Made by a program: the position numbers and the translations under genes. Positions 25,289-37,004 of a stretch of DNA of 64,000 nucleotides are shown in pieces. How positions within the stretch are numbered: position 1 is the stretch's first letter; each line of letters starts with the position of its first letter. The notes beneath the pieces were generated by a model. The model was not told the DNA's origin. It did not search any database and was given only the letters and a program-made list of their open reading frames with translations. The DNA is from Callorhinchus milii (lineage: Eukaryota), in NCBI RefSeq assembly GCF_018977255.1, contig NW_024704743.1, positions 76,820,001 to 76,884,000 of the forward strand, given 5' to 3'.

Positions 25289-26384
25289 AAATAAAATATT
25301 TTTTTCTGACCCTGCAACTTGGCTTACTTGATAGAATCCTCATTTCTGTGTCAGGAGGTTGTGGGTTTAAGGTGCACACTGGGACTTGAACTACACTAAG
25401 GGAGTGGCATTGTTAGTAGATATCGTCATTTGAATGAGACATCAAACCGAGGTCCTGCCCAATTATCAGGATGTTAATGATCCAATGATGCTATTTGAAC
25501 AGAGAGAAGGGAGTTTCTTTCAGTGTTCTGTACAATTATTCTCCAGGTTAATGAGCCATTCATCTCATCGCTGTTTTGGGGGTCCTGTTGTTTTCTAATG
25601 CTGCTCAGTTTGTTACATAAATTATAACCACAGTAGTTACTTGTGAAGTGTTTTGAAACAGTTTGATGTGATAAAACGCTATAAAATTGCAAGTTCTCTC
25701 TTTAAAAGCAGGGAGGTCATTTTTCCTGTCCTTCTGATCAAAAACTGTGGGTTCTGTTGATGAAGAATAGCTAGTACATTTGTTCACCTAACATAACCAC
25801 TATATTGTACAAAATGTTTTGAGACAGTTTAATGGGATAAGGTGTTATATCAAATGAAAGTATTACAAGAATGTTGGATTGAAAAGTGAATCTGACTCCC
25901 TGTTTACGATTAAGCACAGGAGCAGGTTCTCTTGAATCTTTTTTATCACTGGTGATAATTATCACATCACCCACTGCATTTTTCAACCTTGTGTGTCAAA
26001 TGCTTTTAGATGCTTTAGAGTGATAAGGTGTATCTAACGGAAGGAATAAAAGGATGTTCAAGGCTCGTCTCAAAACCTTCCCTTTTGACCGTGCCTTCAG
26101 GAGGGAATGAGGAGACTTGGCTCCAAAAGGAGTTCCACCAAATTCAGCACCTGGAAATGTGGAAATTTTTCATTCCAAGTATTGTGTAAAGCTGGCTTTG
26201 TCTCTGGAGTTAAAGTCATAACATAAAAGCAGCATTAGTGGCTTATTAAACAGGTGCAGCGAAACACCACACAAATATCCTGAAGAATCCCCTGATAATC
26301 TTTCAATCCTGCTTTGAAAGTTGGATGTCAATTTGCATTAACTGGGATAAAAGTGCTAACTGATTCTGTAGTTTTGCGTTACAG

Positions 26385-26484
26385 GAAAGCAGATTACAAT
26401 GTGTCCGGGAACTGTGCCCAATCCTCTCCTGCCCTCAGCATCTTAGCCAAGTGCCTCCTGGAAAATGCTGCCCCCAGTGCTTGG
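26385..26484 (+). CDS. BMPER: BMPER exon 7 equivalent: [33 protein letters not shown]
   Basis: ttacag| acceptor, TTGG|gtaagt donor, 100 nt; follows a 20-kb intron. Confidence 0.96.
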
Positions 26485-26745
26485 GTAAGTGGATGTGACC
26501 TCTGCACTACATGAAGATCTTTCAGAATAAAACAGATTAGTTTATTGAAACTGAATCAGGTGTTTGTGCACCTGCACTGATATTTTTGAACAAGTAATAG
26601 CGTAGATCTACATTTAACTGAGTATTCAAATTATAGTTGCTGTGTCATTTTACAACACAATACAAATTTACATTTCACGGCAGGAAATTACTTTTTATCA
26701 TTTTGAACATTGTGGACCTGAAATTCCACCTAGTCTGAGACTTTA

Positions 26746-27270
26746 CAACAACAACAACCTGCATTTATATAGCACCCGCCACACTGGGCGACGTCCCAGA
26801 GCACTTAACAATGGTGGAGCCCGATGCCAAGCCAGGGGGAGGGGGAAGGTGACCATAGGCACACTCAAAGAGATAGGTCTTCAGGCGCAACCTGAAAATG
26901 GGGAAAGGGAGGGCAAGGCAAAGGGATTGAGGGAAGGAATTCCATAGCTTTGGGTTGTAGTGGCTAAAGGCACGGGCGCCGATGGTGGAACGGAGGAATT
27001 CAGGGACAAGGAGGAGGCCGGAGCCAGTAGAGCGGAGGCAGCGGGTACTGCTGTGAGGAGGGAGGAGGTTGGAGAGATAGGGGAGCTGAGCTGCCAAGGC
27101 ATGGAGGGATTTAAACACTATAGTGAGGATCTTGAAGTCAATCCGTTCTGTGAATGGAAGCCAATGGAGTTTGGCAAGGACTGGGGTAATCGGGGTGCGG
27201 AGTTTAATCCGGGTGAGGGTGCGGGCGGCGGAATTTTGGATGAGTTGAATTTTTGTGAATAGTGGAGGAG
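26746..27270 (-). mobile_element. L2 LINE 3' fragment
   Basis: TIGARAFSHY, LWNSFP, LKTYLF on the minus strand; (caa)n tail. Confidence 0.88.
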
Positions 27271-27404
27271 GATTGTGATTGTGTAGAATTGCAAAAATAA
27301 ATTCAGTTTTAATTTAGCAGCCAGCTCTTTTCAAACCAAATTCCAAATTAAAATTGAATTGAAATTGAATTGAAGAACTATGCACAATTTTGCATGATAC
27401 AATA

Positions 27405-28168
27405 CAATAGAAAATAACATTTGTACAGTGTCTTTTCACGTCAGGAGGAAGTCCCAAGCTGCTGGACAGACAGTGATTTAGACCCGAGGAGGGGGGTGTT
27501 GGGATCTGGGAGGGTGGGGGGCAGAGACAGTAAGAGGGTGGCCGAAGGCATGGTCAAAGAGGAAGGTCTTGAGAAGTGCCTTGAAGGAGCTAAGGGAGGG
27601 AGCGAGATGAAGGGACTGTGGGATGAAGTTCCAAAGGGTGTGGGCAGGGAGGCTGAAGGTCCGACCACTGATGGTGGGTGGGCCTGGCGGGGGATGTGCA
27701 GCAGGCCACAGTTTGCTGAGTGGAAGGAGCGGACAGGTTGATATGGGGTCAGTAGGTCACAGAGGTAGGAAGGAACAAGGCCACGGAAGGCCTTGAAGGT
27801 GACGATGAGGATTTTGAACTCTATTCTCTGGGGTTGGGAAGCCAATGGAGCTGGGCAAGAGTGGGGGTGATGGGGTCATGGAGCCTGGTGCAGGAGAGGA
27901 CACGAGCTGCAGAGTTCTGGAGAGTTCTGGATTCATCATGGATGGTGATGCTGTCAGTACCTGAGGTGCTGAGGCAGCCAATCAGGAGAGCTTGTTGACG
28001 TTCAACGTAGAAAGTTAGCTCACATCCAGGACATAATATCTAACAGATATTCTATCAGGACAGCAGTGGTCCTGGAGACAAGGGTGGAGGCAGAGAGATA
28101 GAGTTGGGTGTCATCCGCATATATGTGGAAATTGACCCCGTGTCTGCGGATGATGTCACCAAGAGAGC
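27405..28168 (-). mobile_element. L2 LINE fragment with internal deletions
   Basis: [15 protein letters not shown] on the minus strand; (caata)n tail. Confidence 0.88.
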
Positions 28169-28422
28169 GCATGATCTTAAATTTGAAGACAAAATGATCT
28201 GACAGAGTAAAACTAGGTGGAATTTCAAGCCCTCTGCACATTATAATTGTCATTTTCATACAAAATGAAACTTTGAATGAGAAACAAATAAATTATAATA
28301 AAACTCCATAGCCATTTGAATATACTTGCCCTGGACTTCTTGGTGCCTAGAATGGTATAATATTTGCAAGTATTCCTTCTGAATTGTTGAACTGATGTAG
28401 TCACCTCTGGCTAACTCTACAG

Positions 28423-28532
28423 GCCAGCGAAGGGTGTTTGACCTGCCTCTGGGAAGCTGTTTGTTTCACAGTGAAGTTTATGAAAATGGAGCTCTGTTCC
28501 AATTTGATAACTGCACTAAGTGTATCTGTAAG
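28423..28532 (+). CDS. BMPER: BMPER exon 8 equivalent: [37 protein letters not shown]
   Basis: ctctacag| acceptor with ctaac branch-like motif, AAG|gtaagt donor, 110 nt. Confidence 0.96.
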
Positions 28533-29329
28533 GTAAGTATTTTCTCACGCACTTGCACCTCCTGTCTAGTAGTAGGCACTTGGTTGGCAGTTTCCAAAGT
28601 ATGCATGTGTGGAATGCATAAAGAACTATGTATAAGCAGGTTGCACTGTGTCATCCCACATTTCCCTGGCCATCTCTCTCCCCACTTATTCTCTCATTCA
28701 TTTTCTCCACATTCAGTGGGATTGATTTGGAAATTGGTGGCGTTCCTGGTGTTTTGAGGCTAGAAAGAGCACATCATAACTTCAACCTGCCTCAGACGGT
28801 AGCACTTTCACCTCTGAGTCAGAAGGTTGTGGCCTCAATCCCCTCTTTGGAACTTTGAGCTCAAAGTCTCGGCTGAAACTTCAATGCAGTGTTGGGTGAA
28901 CCCTACATTACTGGAGGTGCCATCCTTCGAATGAAACACTAAAGACCCCATTTGCCTCTTCAGGTGATCCCGTGGAACTATTTGAAAACAGAAGGCAGTT
29001 TCTCCTGATATCCTGGCCAACATTCCCATAGTTATGTTCATTTTTCACTTCATGATCGTTTGTGGGGCATTACTATGTGCACATTGGCTGCTGCCTTTGC
29101 CTACAAATACAGAGTCACTACACATTACGATGAATCCTGTGAAGCACTTTGACATGTGTCGACAACATGATGAAGTGTGATATCAAATACAAGGATTACT
29201 ATTGCATAAACTGCGCTCCATTGCAAGGTAGCTGCCATTTTATTGTTAGTCCTCATCATTATGTGGAGGGAGAAGAATAAAAATTTACCTAAAGATGTAA
29301 TTGACAAATGACCTTTCTTTTCTATCAAG

Positions 29330-29467
29330 GATTCCACAGTGGTGTGCAGGAAGGAGTGTTTGCAGGTTGGGAGCTGCAAGTATAATGATCTCTGCTGCGA
29401 GGAGTGTGTTTCATACATCCCCATTGAAGAAATCAAATATTGTCGGGCCGGTAACAAACTGTACAGG
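29330..29467 (+). CDS. BMPER: BMPER exon 9 equivalent: DSTVVCRKECLQVGSCKYNDLCCEECVSYIPIEEIKYCRAGNKLYR
   Basis: ttttctatcaag| acceptor, AGG|gtgtgt donor, 138 nt, phase 0 to 0. Confidence 0.93.
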
Positions 29468-30220
29468 GTGTGTATCAGCACGTCAGAGATGTTCAACAGG
29501 CTAATTTTTGACTGCTTTTCAGCCGTCGAACATAGATGGCACAAAGCAAACAGAATGTCAGTCTGGCTTAGTTGGTACACTGTGGGCTCTGACTCAGAAA
29601 GTTGTAGATTCAAGACCCGTGTTAGGATTTTGAGCTCAAACAGTCTAGGCTGACACTTCTGTGCAATACTAGGGGATGTGGGGCAAGGGAAGAGGGACCT
29701 CTTCTGGGTCCTAGCCAACAATTCTCCAGATAAAGAATGGTCATTCACTTCAGGTCTGTTTGTGACATACTGCTGGGCACAAATTTGGGTGCTGAGTTCA
29801 CCTTCAAATAAAGCTTTATATCAAATGCAAGTATTATTATTATAGACAGCTTACAATACACTTGTTGAAGAGACAGGTAAGGTGGGGGTGGGCTGTTGGT
29901 GATTTTCTGAACCTTAGTAAATTTACTGATTTTGGTGACATTCTCAGGTCATCACATTGCAAAGAATAAGAAACACTCGCTGCCAAGTCTGGTAAAATAT
30001 GAACGACCGTCAGACAGAATCATAGTTCATTGAAAAGATTTTACAGTTCTTTGAAAAATGCTTTGATAATTTTAAGTAAAATTGTAACAAGTATCTATCT
30101 AATCTGTATATCACAATTAATATTATTGATTGGAAAGTGAGAGCTTTGAGTACAGATTGGGGTGTCTTTCACAGTCTAAGAACCTGGCAGCACAGCAACA
30201 TTGAGAACAAGAAATCAGTC

Positions 30221-30754
30221 AACAACAACAACAAAATTACATTTATGGAGTGCCTTTCAAGTCGGGAGGATGTCCCAAAGTGCTGAACAGTCAGGTGTCA
30301 GGGCATGAGGGAGGGGTGGTGTAGGGGTGAGGGAAGGCAGAGAGGTGGGAGGGAAACCAAAGGCACGGTCGAAGAGAAGAGTCTTAAGACTGGCCTTGAA
30401 GGAGGCAAGGGAGGAAGCGAGGCAAAGGGACCATAGGATGGAATTCCAGAGTGTGAGGGCAGAGAGGCTGAAAGCCCGGCCGCTGATGGTAAGGCAGGTC
30501 GGGCGGGAGACATGGAGCAGGCCGGAGCCCGATGAAAGGAGGGAGCGGGCAGGTTGGTAGGGAGTCAGCAGGTCAGAGAGGTAGGAGGGGGCAAGGCCAT
30601 GGCTGGCCTTAAAGGTGAGGATGAGGATCTTGAACTCAATCCTCTGGGGAATGGGGAGCCAGTGGAGTCGGGCGAGGGTGGGAGTGATGGGGTCACGGAG
30701 CCTGGTGTGTGAGAGTACACGAGCTGCAGAGTTTCGGATGATCTGCAGCTTGTG
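30221..30754 (-). mobile_element. L2 LINE 3' fragment ending about 40 bp upstream of exon 10
   Basis: Reverse complement resembles 36470-37000; (caa)n tail at 30221. Confidence 0.88.
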
Positions 30755-30796
30755 AAATGAAATCTTCTATTTATTTTCACCCCCACTTCTCTGTAG

Positions 30797-30901
30797 GATG
30801 GGGAAATGTGGTCGTCGATTAATTGCACCTTGTGCGCCTGTAGAAAGGGAAAAAGAGTGTGTCGCAAGAAGGAGTGTTCCCCAATAAAGACTTGCCCTTC
30901 G
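30797..30901 (+). CDS. BMPER: BMPER exon 10 equivalent: [35 protein letters not shown]
   Basis: ctctgtag| acceptor, TCG|gtaagt donor, 105 nt. Confidence 0.96.
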
Positions 30902-31568
30902 GTAAGTAAGCCGAGCTGAGCAGCACAAAGCTGGATTATTTACTAAACTGTAATATCTGACAGTGTGTGCTGCCAGTGTGTAATGGTGCATGTAACACAA
31001 AGGGGGATTAACTCACTTTTCTGATTTAGACAAAGACTTGACGAGAACATTGTATTCCATTAAAAGATTAATCTTTGAACATTACTTTGGATAAGAGATT
31101 AAACTGAAGTCCCGTCTGCCTGTTCAGATGGATGTTAAAGATCACACCACTTGAGAAGAAAAGGGAGTTTCTCTTGATGTGCTGATCAGCAATCCCCCAA
31201 ATAAAATTGGTCATTTTTTACGGGGCTGTCGGTGTGAAAATTGCTTTGCGCAAATTGGCTGCTGCATTCACCCTACAAATGTAGTCATTCCACTTCACTA
31301 TAAATACCATGAAGAGCTATGGGCATTCTCCCGACATGATAGGTGCTATACCAAATACAAATATATTATATTAGTTTGGAATACTGCAACAATCATTCAC
31401 CTTCCTGTCACGTCCCTACTCTCCATTTGCTCTTTATAAAGAGAACTTCTTTATCTAATTGCAGAACAATTGAAGTCCATCTCTAGTTCTGTCCAAAAAG
31501 CCATAGATCTCAAAGCACTTCAACTGAAAGAAGTTTGAAGATATTTCGAAAGACACTTTTCTGATAGT

Positions 31569-31884
31569 GGAGTCCTGTAGCTCAGTGGTTAGAGCACTCG
31601 CTTTGCAAGTGAGAGACCTGAGTTCAATTCCAGGCAGAAGGCGAAACCTTGGGCAAGTTTCCTTACTCCACACAGAGCCTAATAATAATCCCTCCAAAAC
31701 CAAAAACAATAATTAAATTGGTCATTTTCAATCTACGACTGTTTGTGGGACATTGCTGTGCGCAATTGGCTGCCGCGTTTGCCCACAAATATACATTCAA
31801 TTCACTTTACAGTGTGTTCTGTGAAGCGCTTTGGGACGTCCTCCCGACGTGAAAAGCACTATATCAAATGCAAGGATTATTATT
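31569..31884 (+). mobile_element. tRNA-headed Deu-type SINE
   Basis: Highly similar to 16681-16992. Confidence 0.9.
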
Positions 31885-32185
31885 GGAAAATATTGGGATC
31901 AAAATTGCAGTATTCTGAAAATTATTCTGTGCGTATTTCAGAAACGGTGGTAAAATGTGTATTGAAATATGCCTTGAACTTCGAATCCTGGTAACTCACA
32001 AACCTGGTTGAAAAGGATTAATGGGATTCTTTATTAAAGAATCATGATAAAAAATACTGCAAATTAGATCTAAAACCCCCAAACCCAAGGCAGATCTATC
32101 TAAACCATACTGTTATCCGATATAAATAACACAAAGAATATTACTGTATATTCTTTATATTAAAAAAGTGTGTTTTCTCTTACAG

Positions 32186-32231
32186 GGCAAGATCATTAAC
32201 AGAAATGGATGTTGTCCAATTTGCACTGAAA
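32186..32231 (+). CDS. BMPER: BMPER exon 11 equivalent: GKIINRNGCCPICTE
   Basis: ctcttacag| acceptor, GAAA|gtaagt donor, 46 nt. Confidence 0.95.
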
Positions 32232-34656
32232 GTAAGTTGAAATGCACTGAAATGGATCCACTCATTCTCTTTTCTAAATAAGCATCTATCTTTCATTATT
32301 TTGTACCTAACTTTTGCATTTCAAACAAATAGAGACCCCAAATTTCTTGTTTGTAGCCTTAAGATCATTAGCTTAAAATTTAAAATTGTGCAGAATGCTG
32401 GAAAGGTCTGGTGGTAATTTGCTATTCCTTTTAAGATTTTTTCTTAAAATCTGCACAGTCTTGAATTTGAAGACAGCGGTCTTGTGGTTAGGATCCACTT
32501 AGGAAAAATGCTGAGCCTAAACCAAAGTAAGGTAGTATCTGATGGAATGTGTGGGGAACAAGTCTGCAATGAGAAAAGCAGAAATCCAACCCACCGGACA
32601 ACAGATGGGAACCATTTTCTCTCTTTGGAGTGTTGTCTCATATTACACGAACTATACATTTTCCTTAATCAATGCAAATGCCTAAAAGGCGCACAGTGCA
32701 CATTTATACTTTTGATAGATTATGGCACCCTATTTGCCGAGTGTCGTAATACAGCTCAAACAATGATGGACTTGTTTGTGGTCTTTACTACAAACTAATA
32801 ATGATTGAAAGAAGAACCATAAGGTTAAGTGCTCTGGTCTTTCAGCAGGTCCTTGGCTTATAACTCCCTGGGATTTCTGACATGATGTACTTCTTGTGGA
32901 ATAAATATTTATGGGCACACTGGGAAATGAAGTACAGCTGAACTCTGACACTCCATCGCCAAGTTGGCAAGACATGTATGCTCAGATCAACATCAGTGCT
33001 TCCAGAAAATGACAGCAAATGGAAATTGTCCATAAACTGGAATTTTGTGTTTTGATCAGGTCTCCACGTTTCAAGACTCTACTACAGCAAAGGCTCCTGC
33101 CCCCCAACACACACACGCACACACATACATGCTCACACAAAATGATAAAAGCAGGATTGCCCCTTAGTCCATGGCCACTGCTTAATGAAAGCACTAGCAG
33201 CATGCTTGAACAGTAAAGAAAGGAACTTCCTCTCAGCCACTTTTCCTTCTTGCTTGGAGATGACCCAGCCTCTCCAGTCCCTGCTGTGTAATTGCTGCAC
33301 TTTCAGGCTTGCGATCAGTCTGTGAGCAGACTGTAAATATAGCAAATCCATCACCACCAGTGCAATGGAGCAAAGGTGATGAAATGGGAGTTCCCTTGCT
33401 CTAAATCACTCCAACATTCTCGTTCTTCTGAAATGGATCCTCTCAGCTCCATAAAAACTGTAGAGAAACATTGAAATCCTTGCCATATAATTGAATCCCT
33501 CATTACAGCTCTCACCCCATTTTGTGAATGGAATTTTGTACAAGACCAGCAAAACTAAAATGTTCTTGGAAGCCATGATGCAAGAATTGATTCATAAGAA
33601 CACAAGAAAGTGTGGAAACAGCCATTACCCCTACACAACAATACATAGAGACTTAGTTCCCAATCAACATTCTCTTTCATATGAGTTTTTTTTACTGATA
33701 GCCTTTCCACAGCCCTTCCTTTCCCTTTCCTTTGGCCTGCATCTTCTCTCTCTTTCTCCAACGCTGAATCGTTTCAGTCTGATTTTTATTGATATGGTGG
33801 TCTTTGCTTCCCTCAACATTTCTTTCTTGTTCCTTCCAAACTCTAAAGGAAACTCCTGCAAGTTCCTTCCCCTTCCCTGTGTCCTCACTCTGTTATGATA
33901 AAATGTCATTGTGCTATTCTTTATTCAGACTCATTCTTGATTGAACCTTGAAGACTGTGGAACATTACCTCTTTCACATGTCGCTTCTACACTTGGCACC
34001 ACGTAATCATTACATTTAGTCTCATCTTACACCCAAAACGCTATCTAGTCTTGAACTGTAACATCAGGTGGTGGTAACCTACCAGACCATGTTGTCTTAG
34101 TATATAATATGGCACAGAATAATCAAAAAGTCTTAAATTGAGACTTAATTTGAAAGTCAGTTATTTTTAAGAACCGTAGAAAACTGCCTCCCAAATTGAG
34201 ACTGAATTGAAGATTCACACAAATCTGCACCAATCTTAAATGGTAAGATTTAATGGCAATGACTGTTTCCATACTTTCTGCACTGTATCTCAGAAGCCTC
34301 TATCCGGGGCAACACTGGTATAAACATAGTCATTTTGTGTTCATATTTCCCCCTCCACACATTTCCCTGGTTTACATTTTGATACGTATTGTCAGAGCAC
34401 AGACAGGAAATCCTCGACTGATTTCAGGTGCATTACAATAGATCTGTTATGAGAATTCCCTTACCAGCTGCTCCATCTCCATAATGCAGTCTAATTATTC
34501 CTAATCACCAGTTCGGGAGATTTTGGAGACAATCTTGAATCTGTACTGCTCCTCCTTGAATGTAACACTATTTATCCACCTGTCTTGACATGTCGCTATT
34601 TTACACATGGAGAACATTCCTGAATCTTCCTTTTCTTCCCCTCCCCCCTTTGGCAG

Positions 34657-34983
34657 AGCCAGGCGTTTGCACTGTCTTCGGCGACCCTCATTACAACACG
34701 TTTGATGGCCGGGCGTTTAACTTTCAGGGCACGTGCCAGTACGTTTTAACCAAGGACTGCTCTGCCGCTGCCACTTTCCAAGTGCTGGTGCAGAACGATG
34801 CCCGCCGAACATACTCTTACTCTTGGACGAAAACCATCGAGCTGGTGACCAGTGGCACCACTATCAGCCTCATGCAGCATCTGACTGTGAAGAAGAACGG
34901 GGCTAAGATCTCTCTGCCTTACCACAACCAACACTTCACCATCAGCCTGGAGGGCTATTTAATGAAAGTAACTACAAAAGCAG
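34657..34983 (+). CDS. BMPER: BMPER exon 12 equivalent: start of vWD domain, with GDPH autocleavage motif at 34680-34691
   Basis: Long pyrimidine tract then ggcag|, GCAG|gtgag donor, 327 nt; [30 protein letters not shown]...KVTTKA. Confidence 0.97.
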
Positions 34984-36138
34984 GTGAGCTGTGGAAAGAT
35001 CGCTACCAAATCGAAATCGTTTTGCTCTTCAATTGTTTTTCAGACATTTCTGTGTTTTATTATCGTGGGCCAGTGACGGCCTGAAAGCAAACGGCTGGCA
35101 CTGATTGCGAACTGGTAGAGATTCCTGCGATTTCACTTGCAAACTGGGAATCACTATTAGCACAGCAATTTCCAGATTCCAAATATCACATTTCCAACCC
35201 CATTCAAGCAACTTTGCTGATGTGGTCCCCATTAGTGAAAAAAATACTCTAATCCTACTTATAACAACCAGATCAATTGGGACTCTTCAACCTTAAAAAG
35301 AAGTGTCTCAGAAGGAGTACTTACAGCGGCATATAACATGGTCAATGGGATAAATGGAGGAGACTCGTTTTACAGCCTGAGACACTTTTGCGCTGCCATT
35401 TTCCCAGCAAACTCTTTTTCAACCCCACTGCCTGAATACCATGAACAGCAGGAGACCCAGAACAGATCATAAAACACTGTGTGCTGGTCCGTGTTTGTGT
35501 GTGTGTGGGGGGGGAGGTATTCTGTGCCAGTACAAAGTGCTGGATACAGTTAGTGCAGTTAAGCAAAGAACACACAGCATTTGCTTTTCATTTTGATGTT
35601 TCAAAGTGGCTTCCAAATAAAACAAAATACTTGACTGAATGGCTTTGTGTTGGAAAATCTTGGTTAAAAGCTGCTTTTTCAGAGGGCTGTATGATTTTGG
35701 AGTTTTACAGGGAGGATGATGCCAAGTACAATGACACTAAGAATGGTGTAACAAAGCTGTACTGCTCACACTGCAAGTTGCCCTTCTGTTGGTCCAGGTG
35801 TATTTGCATACAGTCACAGATACTATACTTTGAGACATTTGACAAGATAAGGCACTATATCAAATGCAAGGATAATTCATTTAAATGAAGGTTATCTCTT
35901 GAACCCTATTATAGTTTTCTGAATCTGCCAATTCTTTAAATGTTTTTGCTCCCTTACCTGCTAATTATTTGGAATCAGCAAGATAGTATTTTCTGGGTGT
36001 GTTTTGCAAAAAATTCAGGGATTATTGGGGAGAAATTCCACCTGGGTCCAGATTGACTTTATTCATGTAGTGTTTGAGAGTACCCAGAAATTGGTAAATT
36101 GTTGAATTCAGACTTAGCTTTCAAGTTGATTTTCTATA

Positions 36139-37004
36139 TCAACTTAATGTCAGCAAGACCGAGGCCCTCCTGATTGGATAGCGCCAGCGCCTCCATACCT
36201 CGGGCGCTGGCAGCATCAGCCTCCACGGCTGCAGACTCAACCTCACTAAGCCAGTCAGGACCTGGATGCCTTGTTTGACCCTGAACTGTCCTTTCTCTCC
36301 CACATCTACGATATAACCGGCACTGCCTACCACCACCTCCTCAACATTGCCAGACTCCGCCACTACCTCACCCCTCAGGTTGCCGAAACCCTCACCCACG
36401 CATTCGTCATATCAAGGCTCAATTATAGAAATTCCCTCCTCATCGGCCCTCCCAACCCTTCCCTTCACAAGCTGCAGATCATCCAAAACTCTGCAGCTCA
36501 TGTGCTCTCGCACACAAGGCTCTGCGACCCCGGCACTCCCACCGTCCCTGACTCCAATGGCTCCCCATCCCTCAGAGGATCGAATTCAAGATCCTCGTTC
36601 TCACTTTCAAGGTCATCCATGGCCTTGCCCCCTCCTACCTCTCTGATCTGCTGACTCCTTATCAACCTGCCCGCTCCCTCCGTTCAGCGGGCTCCGGCCT
36701 GCTCCATGTCTCCCACCCGACCCACCCTACCATCGGTGGCCGGGCTTTCAGCCTCTCTGCCCCTACACTCTGGAACTCCATCCCACAGTCTCTTCGCATC
36801 ACTTCCTCCCTTGCCTCCTTCGAGGCCGGTCTCAAGACCCTCCTCTTCGATCGTGTCTTCAGTCACCCTCCCACCTCTCTGCCTTCCCTCACCCCTACTC
36901 CACCCCTCCCCCATGCTCGGGTCCTGACCCCTGACTGTCCAGCTCCTTGGGACATCCTCACAACGTGAAATTCGCGCTATAAATGTAATTTTGTTCTTTT
37001 GTTG
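36139..37004 (+). mobile_element. L2 LINE 3' part inserted within a fold-back element
   Basis: QLNVSKTEAL, FDPELSF, KLQIIQNSAA, RIEFKIL; similar to 19160-19960. Confidence 0.9.

Noticed and set aside
29125..29748. 207-aa antisense ORF over exon 9
   Set aside because: Made of SINE pieces plus the reverse strand of a BMPER exon; no recognisable domain.
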